DNA from: Mobula hypostoma
Lineage: Eukaryota
Direction of reading: 5' to 3'
Assembly: GCF_963921235.1 (NCBI RefSeq)
Contig: NC_086109.1
Location: 24,864,001-24,928,000 of the forward strand
DNA length: 64,000 bases
The position numbers and the translations under genes are program-made. Below are positions 1-12,771 of this stretch, piece after piece (positions within the stretch are counted from its first letter, which is position 1; each line of letters begins with the position of its first letter). Under the pieces are notes generated by a model. That model had not been told where the DNA came from and searched no databases. It saw only the letters and a list, made by a program, of their open reading frames with translations.

Positions 1-109
1 AGATATGCTTATTGGAAGGATGTAATACGAGCAGCCTGGAGAGTAGATGGGACCAGAATAACTCGGAGAATGAGAGCCTTTGTAATTATTGATATCTGAA
101 TTTATCCTG

Positions 110-345
110 ATAGGTAGATAGATAGATACTTTATTGATCCCAAAGGAAATTATAGCACTGTGGTAGCATTACAAGTGCACAGATGTAAATATTAGAAGAG
201 GAGTAGACAGAATAAAAAAATAAGTTACCACAAACAATCTAACAGGAGGGGTCATCACTTGCCCGGCAATAGGCTGACTCATTATAGAGCCTAATGGCCG
301 AAGGTAAGAATGACCTCATATAGCGCTCCTTGGAGCAGCACAGAT
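110..345 (-). mobile_element. Rex1/Babar-like LINE 3' end
   Basis: Minus strand encodes LCCSKERYMRSFLPSAIRLYNES (Rex1-type C-terminus), followed by a 3' UTR and a (TCTA)n tail. Confidence 0.7.
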
Positions 346-1129
346 TTTGATGGACTCATCTTAGTTTTCTATAGCTCAGATTGAAAACTTGGATTGATTC
401 ATACAAGATTTAGATCGTTTCACTTGTGTTATCATCGAATTGTTCTGATACAGCTGAGAAATAGGCCTTTCAAGTTAAGTAAATAAGTTAAGGATGGCAG
501 TGCTCACATGAAACAACTGTATATTTATCTTTTAAAGTAGCAACGCATCTGTTGGATTGTAAGGGAAAGGAACCCATGACACCAAGGGGAGCTGAAGGTA
601 TTTGGATGGAAGTTTAACCCTGATTTGATTCATTAAAGGTGCTTGTTGACAGGGAATGCCAGCCCTTCAGGGAACTCCCGGTTTACCCACTCAGGTTACC
701 TACCAACCTGCCAACAAATATAAGAATTCAAATTTGTCAATTTACTTTCTGTATATATTCCTGCAGTAATAATAAAACAGAGATCACAAAGCAATTACAG
801 GAGATCCTGTGGAATAGTTTAGTAGTTACAGGGAGTATTACAAGGAGGATATTACAAGAGTATTGCTTTAACACATAGTGTATTATTATTTACAAAGATT
901 CCTTGGAAATGTACTAATATCAACATGGATTCCCTCAAAATGCATCAATTTGTATAAAGGTCTCCAGGAATGTTTTAATATTTGGAAGGATTGTAGTGTA
1001 AATAATAGATATGTATCAATATTTTCAGAGTATCCCTGTGAATGCACCAACGTTTGCAGGGTTTTCCTGTAAGTGAGTTCTGCAGGGGCTTGACCGAAGT
1101 GTATTAGCTCTCCGAAGTGACCCTCGGGT

Positions 1130-1630
1130 ATAGAACATAGAACCGTACAGTACTGGGCCTTTAGCCTGTGAGGTAATGAAATGGGTGAAAACATATGCAC
1201 CATTCACAACCACCAACATTGAGTTGGGGTTCACTTTAAGAGACTGTCTGATGCAATGACATAGTGACATGAAGGTCTCTAACAAATTTTACGGTCTACA
1301 TCTAGTTGTCAATGAAATTAGTTGTTATGGTTTCCCTTAAGCTTATAACACCTCTCTCGTTTTACTTACAGGCCCATAATGTTGTACTGATCTTTTAACC
1401 TACTCTAAGATTAATCTAACCTTTTTCACCTACATAGTCCTCCATTTTTCTATCATCCCTGTGCCTGTCCGAGAGTTTCTTAAATGTACGTAATGTATCT
1501 GCTTGTACCTTCACCCGTGCTAGGGTGTTTCACACACTCACCACTCTCTGTGTAAAGAAGTTGCCTCTGACATCCTCCCTATATACTTACCTCCAATCAC
1601 CTTAAAATTATGTCCTTTCCTATTAGCCAG
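1130..1630 (-). mobile_element. CR1 LINE 3' fragment, interrupted
   Basis: Reverse complement of a CR1 3' end (FFTQRVV motif: caccactctctgtgtaaagaa; tail atagaacatagaa). Confidence 0.65.
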
Positions 1631-1727
1631 TGTTGAGTATGCAGTGATCTTTATGAGAGGTTCCAGGGCATGTGAGGCTATTTATAATGGTTCCTTGGAA
1701 AACTAGCCTATAGCACTATTTGTATAT

Positions 1728-2045
1728 ATGTTGTGGTTTGGAGGCTTGCATGCCCAAATGACCCAGAGAGCCATGCTGGCTGGTGTCAAGGCCTTGTGCT
1801 TTAGCTCTTGGTAGAGTCACCCATGCCAAACAGGTCAAAGGGCAGAGGCCAGACTAAGAATGGGCCAGCGGTCATCCAAGTTTGGGGGTTCAGCTTAGGG
1901 CTAAAAACCCTGACTGGTCAAAATAATATGTTATGGCAACAACAATGGAGAATCCTTCCATATCTGTGTGCACCAGTATGGACCGACAGAGATGGAGGAC
2001 CTTCATTGTTGCCCTAAACACCAGTGGTGTAACAGGCAGTAAGAA
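1728..2045 (+). mobile_element. Non-autonomous RTE (Expander/Rex3-like) derivative: 5' UTR fused to 3' tail
   Basis: ggtagagtcacccatgccaaacaggtc...ggccagactaagaa resembles the Rex3/Expander 5' UTR; ends in an RTE-like gccctaaacaccagtgg...cagtaag. Confidence 0.55.
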
Positions 2046-3071
2046 AATTACAGGGGTTCCTAGGAAATAAGACAACATATAAAGGAAATGCATAGGACCC
2101 ATGCTTAGGAACAGTCAGATTTAGCCTGACCATTTCTTATCAGTATCCTGGAGGCTGTAGGTAATGCTCCACTGTAAGCCTTTGTTTATAAAAATTATGC
2201 TCAATTGATCTTTCTTGATGGATAACAGCATTTTTGAATGAGCTTATTCAAAGAACAGCAAATATGACCCAAGTGCAGGGCCTGTTGTTAATTAAGAGTA
2301 ATATGTGATAAATAAACTTGCTCAGAAATAAGATGCTGGGAACAGACTCTAACTTTACTCAACCAGAGGAGTTAAAATAGGCAATAGAAAACTTAACTTT
2401 GTTATTAAATAGCGTCCTTGATAGGACCTTGCGATGTAGTCGAAATGAGGGTAAATACCTAAGGCTCCCAGAGGGGATCTGTTCTCAATGAGAAAGTAGG
2501 TCAAAGAATAAGCACCAATGTTTTAGCTTCATTTTCACACAGCTCTTTTCAGCACAGGATCAGGGTATTTACCCTGAAGTTAAAGAGAAGCAGAGAGGTC
2601 AGAGAGGGAATGTTTGCTGTTTATCCTTTTAAGCAAAGGTCCAACATGCACGGTTCAAGATGACATCGCCAGAAGACATTTTAAACCAAGGGTTAGTGAT
2701 TACCATTTTTAAAGTCTGACAATTATAAGAATAACACAGGATGACAGCTGTTGAGATCCTAAGAAAGAATCATTACCATCAGGAGATTGATGCAAGTTAC
2801 AAATCTTCATGGTGAGGACAGAGAAGAAAGAACTTGTGAGAAGAATTAAAAGGAGCCCGGGAGAACAGGGGTGCAATATTCAGCAATGGCATGTCCAGAA
2901 TGGTGCAGGGACAAGATTCATCCAGCTTTCACCTTCACCCTGTTTGGCTACAAAAGTGATCCTGAAAGATAATTAAAACTTCCTACTAACTCAAGCCTAG
3001 ATCATACTTTCTTTTCTCTCTCATGGATGGTGATTAAATTCAAGCATAAAAGATCCAGCGGTGCTGTTCCG

Positions 3072-3446
3072 AATCAGAATCAGAATCAATTTTATATCAC
3101 CGGCATATGTCATGAAAGTTGGTGTTTTGTGACAGCAGTACATCGCAACGCATAGAAATAAAAAGCTATAAATTACAATAAGAAATATATATGTATAAAA
3201 TAAATTTTAAAAGTAGTGCAATAAGAGAGGAAAAATACTGAGGGAGTGTTCATTATTCCACTATACATTTAGAAGTCTGATGATGAAGGGGAAGAATGTG
3301 CTCCTGAAACATTGAATGTGTATCTTTAGGCTCCTGTACCTCCTCCCTGGTGATAGCAATGAGAAGCAATGCGAAGAGAGCACATCCTGGGTGATGAGGG
3401 TCCTTAATGATGGATGCCACCTTCTTGAGCCATCACCTTTTGAAGG
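3072..3446 (-). mobile_element. Rex1/Babar-like LINE 3' end
   Basis: (GATTCT)n tail seen as aatcagaatcagaatc; homologous to the copies at 11678, 18870, 51530 and 52458. Confidence 0.7.
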
Positions 3447-3644
3447 ATTTCAAAACCTTTTATTTTCAAAAGCACGGAGATTAATGGTGACATGGATTCA
3501 ATATTTATCCCTCTATCAACATCTGTTTTAAAAAATTACCAGGTTAATAATTAATTATTATTTGCTGTTGTTTCCTTTTCACACTTGATTGTTAGGTTTC
3601 CTCCAATACTGATGTAACTGTTCTTTGGTTCTTTAAGGTTGTCA

Positions 3645-4230
3645 TAGTCAGGGGTGCTAGTGGGGATAAGCTCCAACTACCTATTAAATGCTCCCAGTGG
3701 CATGTATCTCAAATAGCCTCTGACAACCAAGTCCAGCTCCTGCCCTTCATGTGTTGCTTAGCTACTAAGTCCAGTGGAACCATTCCTACTGACAGGAGGG
3801 GAGGTGGGGGGGGAAAGGCAGGTTACTGGTGCCCTAAAACCTGTCGCTTTGGGCAGATGGGGCTTATCAGCTGTGGTTGGCAGCTTGTCTTGGAGGAGGA
3901 AAACTCTGATCTCAAATGTCTGCTGGCTTGTAGCTCTATCCACTCATGGGGAAGGCTTCAGGAGTAAACCCCAAGGAAAAATCTGGAGCTGGAGTTCCTA
4001 AGACACTCCAGCATTGAGTTCAATGCTGACTGGCTACTCCGCTGGTGCCAAACTGTATTGGTCTCTGCTGTTCCAATGGATTCATCATCTGCGTGGAGAG
4101 GGGGATCTTGCTGCATGGGCAACAGCTTGCTCTCCATATTGTATTGCCCTGGCTTGCGTGCTGCCTTGTGTATCGTGTAGACACCTAGAATGCAATATCC
4201 CTGGTCGAGCCTAACCAGCAGAGGGCCTCT
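3645..4230 (+). mobile_element. RTE-derived non-autonomous element (5' UTR-like)
   Basis: Contains the RTE 5' UTR-like motif ggaggaggaaaactctgatctcaaa; no coding capacity. Confidence 0.45.
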
Positions 4231-5516
4231 GGTGGAGCTGTTCTTCAGAAGTAATTATTGACTGTGAATGACCTGAGGGATGTGACTGGTGCTATAAATT
4301 TGTAGGTTTATCGTTTTCTATCTGAGAAAGGCCACAATCTTGCCTAATTTCTAACTTTTAAAGTGCTGTTCTTTTGCCTAGAGCTCCTCCATGTCAAATG
4401 AAAGAAGTCAAACAATATATAGATGGAATTCGTACCTGCAAGATGAGTGAACAAATCCCATAATGAATGGATCTCAATGCCCAGCTCAATTCAAGTAGTC
4501 CAATTCCTGTTTTTTTTTCAATTTTAAACAAATAGAGCCATTCAGTCACTTTTATTTCCTTAACTTTATTTGAAGAGGAAATTTTGTAATCATTTTCAGT
4601 GCTGCATTTTTATTAAATATGATTCTTCAACAACAGAATCAGGCTGATGTTATACAAGGTGTCAAAGGACATCGGAGCTGCAAGAATTATTAATCTATTG
4701 AGAATTTAAAATTACCTTCACATATAAAAAGCAATATTTATATCTTGGCTGCAGTACCTTGTACAAGGCCACCCATGTATAATGGTATGAGTGGAAAATA
4801 GAACTGGTGAATGGGCTGGCGTCAACTCTGTGCCAGTTGGCTGTCAAATGGGAACAACAAAATCCCCTATTCCCTCTTCTTGTTTCAGTGGCAAAGATTT
4901 AAACTAAGCTCAGCTCAGAACCAGTTCCAGGACTGTAAAAACACTCCAGGCCTCAGCGATCCCAACAACAGGTCACATTGGTTTACTTTTGCACCAGGTC
5001 TCAACTTCAGGGCACTTTTGTTCAGGACTTTGATCATAGAACATCACAGCTTTTGTGTGAAAAAATGGGCACAAAATGTAGAGCATCTGCAGACTTTCTG
5101 TTGTTTGTGACAAAATGTAAAGTTGCCCATTCTTTGAAGAGTATCCAGGCAGTCTCCTGGATTTCGAGATTGTTTCTCCTGATTTGGGCAACCCAGGCGA
5201 TAGAATCAGAAGGTCAATTGAAATAAATGACTGCTTTTGTCGGTCCTGTTGAAGCTGGAGGCTGTTGGAGCTGACAATCAAGTTAATTGACTAAATGTGA
5301 GTCTGTTCTACTTGCCAATTGGCTGTAGCAATTGGATATGTAAGGCCACCAAAGGCAAGTGAAAGTGAGCCAGCACCGAGATGCAGCAGTAATGAAATTT
5401 TCTGGCAATCACTGCTGAATCATCCAAAATGGGGAGCATTGTGTGCTTATTTCTCACCAGGAGAACACTGAAAGCTGCAGAATCATTTCATGCAAATAGC
5501 CTGGTACCTACACTCA

Positions 5517-5697
5517 AACGAGAAAATTCGCAGATGCTGGAAATCTAAGCACCACACACAAACTGCTGGAGGAACACAGCAGGCCAGGCAGCATCTATGG
5601 GAAAAAAGTACAGTTGACTTTTTGGGCCGAGACCCTTCAAGACTGTACTTTTTCCAAGAATGCTGCCTGGCTTGCTGAGTTCCTCCAGTGTGTTGCT
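5517..5697. mobile_element. Fold-back mini Penelope-like insertion
   Basis: Inverted pair of PLE termini; flanked by tggtacctacactca (5502-5516) and tggtaccagcactca (5698-5712). Confidence 0.75.
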
Positions 5698-6184
5698 TGG
5701 TACCAGCACTCATCCAGTTTCCTACTAAGTTAGCACATAACTCTGGTTATAAGCTACCTGTCAATATTTGATTTTGACTGAACTTATTTTGTCCAGCAAC
5801 CTGTGAGTGGTTTCTAATGTGAAAATACAGGGCCTGACAGGGTGCCACAAAGTTAAGAGTTGGAAGAAGAAGGACATTTGTTCCATAATTCAAACTGAAA
5901 CTCTCAGTCCTCACTTTCCCTTCTCACTGGTTCCATGAATTATGTTTATTTCATGGAACTTGAACTACTTATATGAACACCACTTCCCGACTCATTGTCA
6001 GATTATGTGATTGCTGAGAGCTTTCTCTTGCAGTCTCTGATTCTAAATGTACCAGCCAGGGAAGAAGAATTTTGCTTCATTGGGAATACAAATGAAGAGG
6101 TATCTCATCTGTTTACTGTTATCCACTGTCCAAAAAACTTGCTTCTTCAAGCACTTTAAACATGAATTTGGTCCATAAACAAAA

Positions 6185-6290
6185 GAGTAACGCACACAAA
6201 ATGCTGGAGGAAATTGGCAGGTCAGGCAGCAGCTCTGGAAAGGAATAATGAGCCGATGTTTTGGGCCAAGACTCTTCATAAGGACCTGAT
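6185..6290 (-). mobile_element. Penelope-like terminal fragment
   Basis: cacacaaaatgctggaggaa...gcagc...gatgttttgggccaagactcttcat, same family as the 42870-42975 terminus. Confidence 0.65.
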
Positions 6291-6299
6291 CATTAGTGA

Positions 6300-9200
6300 G
6301 CTGCATTCTTGATTCACTGCACTGCTTCTGGTGAAGGTTCTTCCATGGCACATTTTTGTGGAAGTTCCAAGATTTATACACTGTGACAATGAAGATCCAA
6401 GTCAGATTGGTGGATGACTTGGAGTACATGTGCCTGAGTCCTTTGACCTTCTTGCTAGTGAAGGTCAGGGGCTCGTGAGGTGAGAAGAATAAGCTGGGTG
6501 AGTAAGTGTTGGGCATTTTGTTGGAGGGTACACTCAGCAGCCACTGTACATCAGTGGTGGAGGAAGGACATTCAAGTGTAGAGTATAGAATGCCAGTCAA
6601 GGAGACTGATTTGATTTTGGAGAATCAAACTTCTTGAGACTTACTGGGACTGCACTCATCCAGGCAAGTAGAACATTCTCAACACAAAATTCTGCAGATG
6701 CTAAAATCCAAAACAACATACTGAGAATACTCAGTTCTCAGTCACACTCTTGACCCTTTACCTGATAAAAAGTATTATGAGTATCAGGAGAAAAATACTA
6801 ATTCTGTGACAGCCTGTGAACAAGCCATATATTTATGTGCAACAAACAATCAGCATCTGTGGGAGGAAGTGGAATTGTCATTGTTTCAGATCAAAAACTG
6901 CATCAGGACTTATGTTTGTGTAGCTGGTCCAGCTGAGCTTCTGGTCAACATCTGTCTCTCCACTCTCTGATGGAGGTATTCAATATATAAGCACATTGAA
7001 GGTGGTTAGATAGATGACTACCCTCTTGTTTGGGATAATCACTGACTATAGGAGTTTGAGGCACATATGCCATATTCCACTTAATGGTCCATGCTTGAAG
7101 ATTGCCGAGGTCTTTATGTATGCTGGCTGAAGTTGCCACTGTTATGGAACATTGTATAATCATGAATTAAATGGTCACTTCTGATTCTTTATAATAACCA
7201 CGATAAAGTCTGCAGATGTTGGAAATCCAAAGGAACACGCACAATATGCTGGAGGAACTCGGCAAGTTTGACAGTATCTATGGAAATGAATAAAAGTCAA
7301 TGCTTTAAGCCGGGACCCTTCTTGAAGGCTGAAAAGGAAGGGGAAGACACCAGAACAAAGAGAGGGGGGGGAATAGCTAGAATGTGATAGGTGAAGTCAG
7401 ATGGGTGGGAAAGATAAAGGGCTGGAGATGAAGGAATCTGATAGGAGAGGAGAATGGACTATGGGAGAAAGAGAAGGAGGAGGGGACTCAGGGAGAGATG
7501 ATAGGAGGTGAGAAGAGGTAGGTGGTCAGAGTGGGGAATTGAAGAAGAAGGGATGAGAAGGGAAAAAAATACCAGGATGAGAAATCAATATTCATGCCAT
7601 CAGATTGGAAGGTATCCAGACACAATATAAGGTTTTCCTCTTCTACCCTGAGGGTGGCCTCACTGTGGTACAAAAGGAGATCATGAAACAACATGTCGGA
7701 ACAGGAATGGGAATCAGATTTAAAATGTTTGGCTACCAGGAAGTTCTGCTTTTGGTGGATGGAGCTGCTGAGCTCTTTCAGTGTTTTGTGTGCGTTATTT
7801 CTGATTCTTTGATAGATGTAAGGTCATTGATGAGCAAAGATGTGCTCCTGAGGATTTCAGTCGTCCAATCACCACAACCATCACACTTTATGTGGAATAT
7901 GAATTCAACCGATGGAATATTTCCCCCGTTTCCTATTGGCTTCTGTCTTATCAAGTTACTTCAATGCCACGTTCTGTCAAATGACATCAAGGATAACCAC
8001 TTTCACTTCACATCAGTTCTTTGATCCTTGTTTTGACCAAGACTGTGATGTGATCTGTGTTAAATAGTCCTGCAGAAACCCAACATGAGTAACTATAAGC
8101 TGCATTTTAGTGAGTAAGTGCTGTTTGATTGCATTGTCAATGATACTTTCCACCATGTTCTTGATGATTGAGATCAGACTAATTAGGTGGTAATTCAACA
8201 GTGTGCATTTGTTTCATTTTGTTTGTGAATGGGGTTTACTGATCAATTTTCCACAGTATTAGGAAGATGCTAGTGTGGTAATTGTCCTGGCACAGACTGT
8301 TAGGAGGCGCAGCTGTTTTACAGCACAGATCTTCAAAACATCCAGAATCTATGCAGTCTTCGGTGTGTCCACTGTTTCTTCATATCAACTGGAGTGGAAC
8401 AAATCTGAAGACTGGTTTCTATGATAATGATGACGTTAGGAGAAAGCTAAGCTGCATCATTTACTGCCTTAATGTTGGCCTTGCAAGTGATGTCCAAATA
8501 CCTAAAGTAATTACATTTTGAAAAAATCAGGTTATGGATTTTGACTGTCTATATTTCTGCACATACTGGTGGTCAGCAAGGCTTCATGACGTTTTCTTGT
8601 GAGTTGCAAGATCTGTTCAGTGTCTCCCCCATTTCCCATGATTGAAGTGACACAAATTACAATGGAGTGTGTTCTTGGTTTGAAGATGGAACATGGCTTT
8701 CACATGAACTACGTAGGAATCACTTCTACCAATCACATCATGGACAGACGCATTTGCCACGGGTACACGGATCAAGACAAGGACAAGGTTTACCTGTTAT
8801 GTTAGACTGCTTACTACCAGCAGCAGACTCAGTCTAGACATAACTGCCCTTGCCATCTTCATTAGTCCTTGCAAGTGAAGTTCAGATGTTCAGCATGGAG
8901 GAGTACCGGCTCATCGGCTGAGGGAGAACGATGGTGGTAATCAGGAGGAAGTTTTCTTGTTTGACCTGACGTCATGTAACTTCATGAGGTGCAGATACAA
9001 TGTAGAGGATCCTAAACACTACCCCTTTTTGTCAGTATTCCATTGTACTGTGCTCTCTGGTGAGACTGACCTGCCAGTGGAACCCTGAATGTAATGGAGG
9101 AGTCTGGCATGGTTGTCTGAGACTGTTTTATTGGGCTTAACTAGCCTGTGGAACAGTGCACCCAATACAGCTTTCACTTGTCAGATATTATGAGTAGGAT
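6300..9200 (-). mobile_element. Old, degraded CR1/L2-group LINE (EN-RT remnants), interrupted by younger insertions
   Basis: ORF 8013-8198 NYHLISLISIIKNMVESIIDNAIKQHL...GFLQ matches the RT-domain start NYRPISLLS...QFGFR; further degenerate pieces on both sides. Confidence 0.55.
7198..7795 (-). mobile_element. Penelope-like element 3' fragment (GIY-YIG C-terminus plus terminus)
   Basis: ORF 7488-7694 EATLRVEEENLILCLDTFQSDGMNIDFS is the PLE C-terminus; pyrimidine-rich UTR; short inverted end near 7765-7792. Confidence 0.75.
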
Positions 9201-9334
9201 TATGCTATATCTTAGACTTTTCATGTCTATTACTCGAAAATCACACTCCAATATCCACGCACATGCCTATTCATCATGGATGATAGAAAAAGGAGAGCTC
9301 TGTGGGAGGGAAGGGTTAGATTGATCAGATAGTA

Positions 9335-10310
9335 GGACTCATGGTGCGCCTGAGCTGACGGAGGCTTACAGTCAAATAGAGAGAGGCTGCCATGGTCACT
9401 TTTCTTGTAATCGCAAGACCTCTTTGGATATTCTTAACTGGTACACTACAAGTTAGATTCGCTGTTTTATTGGATGACAGCATGGGCAGATGGAGGGTGC
9501 CTAGTCCTCAGGCGTAGCGAGGATTATGCCTGAAGCCATGGTGCCGCCTGTGAGGGGTGCTTTATGGGGCGGTGTCCAGAACTGGGTCAGAGCTGCCTTC
9601 CCAGGGTTTTGCTCGGCAGTAGACAAGCTCTGTTGTGGCCAACTGCAGTTTTTTAGCGGCTTTCAGTGGACCTGGGCCTCAGGCTGTGGGGTTGCTTGCT
9701 TTTCACCTGCCAGAGAAGAGGCGGCTGGGCCATCGCGCTCTACCGGGGGGGGCGGCATGGCACGGTTGTGGCGACTGAAGATTTAAAATGGACTGAGGAG
9801 AATGAACTATATACATATATATTTATCTGGTTGTGTTTTTATTAATATTCTATATGTACTTGTATATGCAAAGACTGGGCCTCAAAACCACGGATTCGCC
9901 TAGCGTGAGTTGGGCGTCGGGGTGGGGACTGGGCCTGGGCCTGGGCCTCAAAGCCATGGTGTCACCTAGCAGGCGTCGGGGGCTAGTCGACAGGTGATAT
10001 CGGTGGGCTGGGGGGGCCTGGACTCTCTCTCTTACTTATATATATTCTGCATCATTGTAATTTTACCAATTATCGATATTCTATAAATTTGTTGACTTGC
10101 TTGCATCAAGCCACAGTGTCGCGGGTACGGCGGGGGTGGGGGCAGTGGAGGTGGGCCTGGGGACTCTTATTGCGTGATTGCGATCTTGTGTGAGGTTACT
10201 GTGTGTGGCTGTTAGTAATGTGACTTTGCACTCTGACCCCGTAGTAATGCTGTCTCGCTCGGCTTGTATTCATGAGTTATGGTTAAATGACAATTAAACT
10301 GGAATTGAAA
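9335..10310 (+). mobile_element. Non-autonomous retroelement with Rex1-type tail
   Basis: GC-rich body with internal duplications; ends atgacaattaaactggaattgaa; shares cttgtaatcgcaagac... with the minus-strand copy at 38045-38750. Confidence 0.45.
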
Positions 10311-11284
10311 TGTGAAAGGTTGTCACAATGTCGTGGACCAAAGTATTGTACGGCGCTCTGTGTTCAATCACCTCAGAAGACTGCCCAGCTCATTCCCCAT
10401 CTACCCACATTATGCCCACCATCCATCTTGCCCACCCTAAATCTCTCTTGACCCCCTCTCTCTCACACTGCACCTCAACTCTGACACACCCAGCTCGTCT
10501 GTCCCATGCCTCCTTGAAGCTCCACCTGCCACTCGCCCTGCCTTGTCAAACGTGGGGCTCGGTCCTGGGATCTCACTGGTCATTTCTGATTCTCTTCGAA
10601 TAAGTTAGTCCTTCAGATGATGTGTGTTTCACGGGAAATAGTGGTACAAAGACAAGATGACAGACTTGAAGGAAACGTAAGAAGCAACAGCAGTAAATTA
10701 GATCTGGAGGGAAAGTAAAATGTACAGAGGATCGGGAGGGTTGGGTAAGAAGGAAAGAAAGTACTCACAAGACTCACTTCCATTTTCGGAAAGTAAACAG
10801 ATCAAACTTGGGAGTATTTGGACACTATACACAATTCTATATGTATTATATACATACATATCCTGTATGTTTAATTGTAGTTTCTTACTTGATGGAAAAT
10901 CAGGTTCCATACTTCAGTGAAACACTGCACCTGTGATACTGAGACTGATGTATGCTCCTGGGATCGTGGAGAGTCAATATGTAAACAGTGCAAACTCATT
11001 CCTTCACATGCTGAAGCACTCATGTAATGCAATCTGTGGTGGCTCCAGTCCTGCTCTCTGATACCAGAGGCTTTTTTTTTCCCTTCTGTCAGTGTTTAGA
11101 CAGAAATTGGCTACCTGCTCTCCTGAGACTTTTAAAAGTTAAATGGAATTTTAGCTGTTTTGTTTTGGGTACAGTGCCGATATCGAAGCTCGTCTGGAGC
11201 CAGCGAGAAGGGAGTAGGTGAGGAAGGATTTATGTCAAAGTTGGGAGGCTTAGAAAAAGGGATAAATATATTTTATGGAGAAAA

Positions 11285-11650
11285 AGGATTTGCATTCATG
11301 CTGTGTTTTTCAGTCCCTCGGGATGTCCCAAAGCATTTTACAGCTAATTTTGAAATCTGAATTCTTTTGTAATATGAGTAACATGGCAGCCCGTTTGCAC
11401 ACGAAACAAAATTTTCAGAAACAATAATGAGATAATGACCAAGCAATCTGTTTCAGGGATAAGCATGGCCTAGGGCACCAGAATGACCATTAGTACCTGC
11501 CCAAAATCCCATGGCCAACTACATTCCACTAGCCCCATCACACCCTACTCACTCACACTGCCTAGCGAGCTTATCGAGCAGACAAGACTTTGGTTTAACA
11601 CCTCAGCTGAAGAATGATGGGAGCAGTTTCCCTATGCTACCACGTGACAA
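11285..11650 (-). mobile_element. DeuSINE (SacSINE1/AmnSINE1-like), degraded
   Basis: ttgcattcatgctgtgtttttcagtccctcgggatgtcccaaagcattttacagctaa...atggcagcccgtttgcacac matches the reverse of the Deu domain/tail as I recall it. Confidence 0.6.
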
Positions 11651-11677
11651 CGTCATAAGCCCTCAGTGATACCCTTC

Positions 11678-12030
11678 AGAATCAGAATCAGGTTTATTAA
11701 CACTGACATATGTTGTGAAGTGTTTTCTTCTTGCAGCAGTACGGTGCAAGATATAAAAAATCTACTGTAAATTACAATAAGATAGATAGATAGAGCAAAA
11801 GAGGCTTATGTATATGGGTTCTTGGGCCATTCAGAAATCTAATGGCAGAGGGGGAGAAGCTGTTCCTAAAATATTGAGTATATGCCTTCAGGCTCCTGAT
11901 GGTAGTAATGAGAAAACAGCCACTTAATGCTGGATTCTGCCTTCTTGAGGCACTGCCTTTTGAAGGTGTCCTTGATGGTGGTGAAGTTTGGGCCCAGGCT
12001 CTGGCTGTCTCTACAATCCACTGATGGGTT
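11678..12030 (-). mobile_element. Rex1/Babar-like LINE 3' end
   Basis: RSLKAYTQYFRNSFSPSAIRFLN in ORF 11772-12149; (GATTCT)n tail. Confidence 0.75.
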
Positions 12031-12250
12031 GGTACTGCTTTCTGACAGTGTGGCATCTCTTTGATAGAGCTCTCTGACTGTGACACTCCCTTGATGCTCT
12101 CTCTGACAGTACTGCACTCCCTCAATCCTGCTGTCTGACAGTGTGACACTGTCTTTGTAATGCTCCTTTACCATACGGTATTTTCTCAATACTGCCTCCT
12201 AACTGTGTAATATCCTCTTTGATTTGACCTTTCAACAACCTAACACTCAT
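12030..12250. repeat. Degenerate ~32-bp minisatellite (ctgacagtg..cactccctc)
   Basis: Repeated ctctgacagt/ctgactgtg...cactccc units. Confidence 0.6.
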
Positions 12251-12771
12251 ATAACACCAGCCTAGGGAATTCTAACATGTACTGATGCTAAATCAAGAGC
12301 AATCCTGCTTTCATGGGGCACAAATTCAATCCTGTGAAAAGCACTGAAATATGTCATTAATTTAAAAAAAATACTAAAAACAAAAATTTAAAAATAAAAA
12401 TAAAAATATAAATATATCCTAAAATGAAAATTACTTAGAAATACTTTTAAATATTAAACTAAAGTAAAATTATTTTAAAAGATCTATATTCCTCTTTGCC
12501 TTCTAATCCACAGTATAGGAATCCCCTTCAAAATCAGTGGGTTATCTGATGCTTCACCTGGTATGAATCCATGCAAGAGTTACTTTACCTAATGCAGAAG
12601 AAGAGACAGGTAAAGTTATACCCATCAAATGACCTGTCATAGATTATATTCCAGTACTCTAATGTCTTCACCAAAGCAGGTGGTTAACTCTTTGCTGTAT
12701 AAAAAAAGGGACAATGAGATAACAGAATATTGGCTCTGCCAATGCACACTATGTGGAGTCCAGCATACCAT

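Noticed and set aside
760..1075. Possible decayed minisatellite (tattacaagga-like)
   Set aside because: Period could not be established by eye
12360..12480. Very AT-rich tract
   Set aside because: Low complexity only
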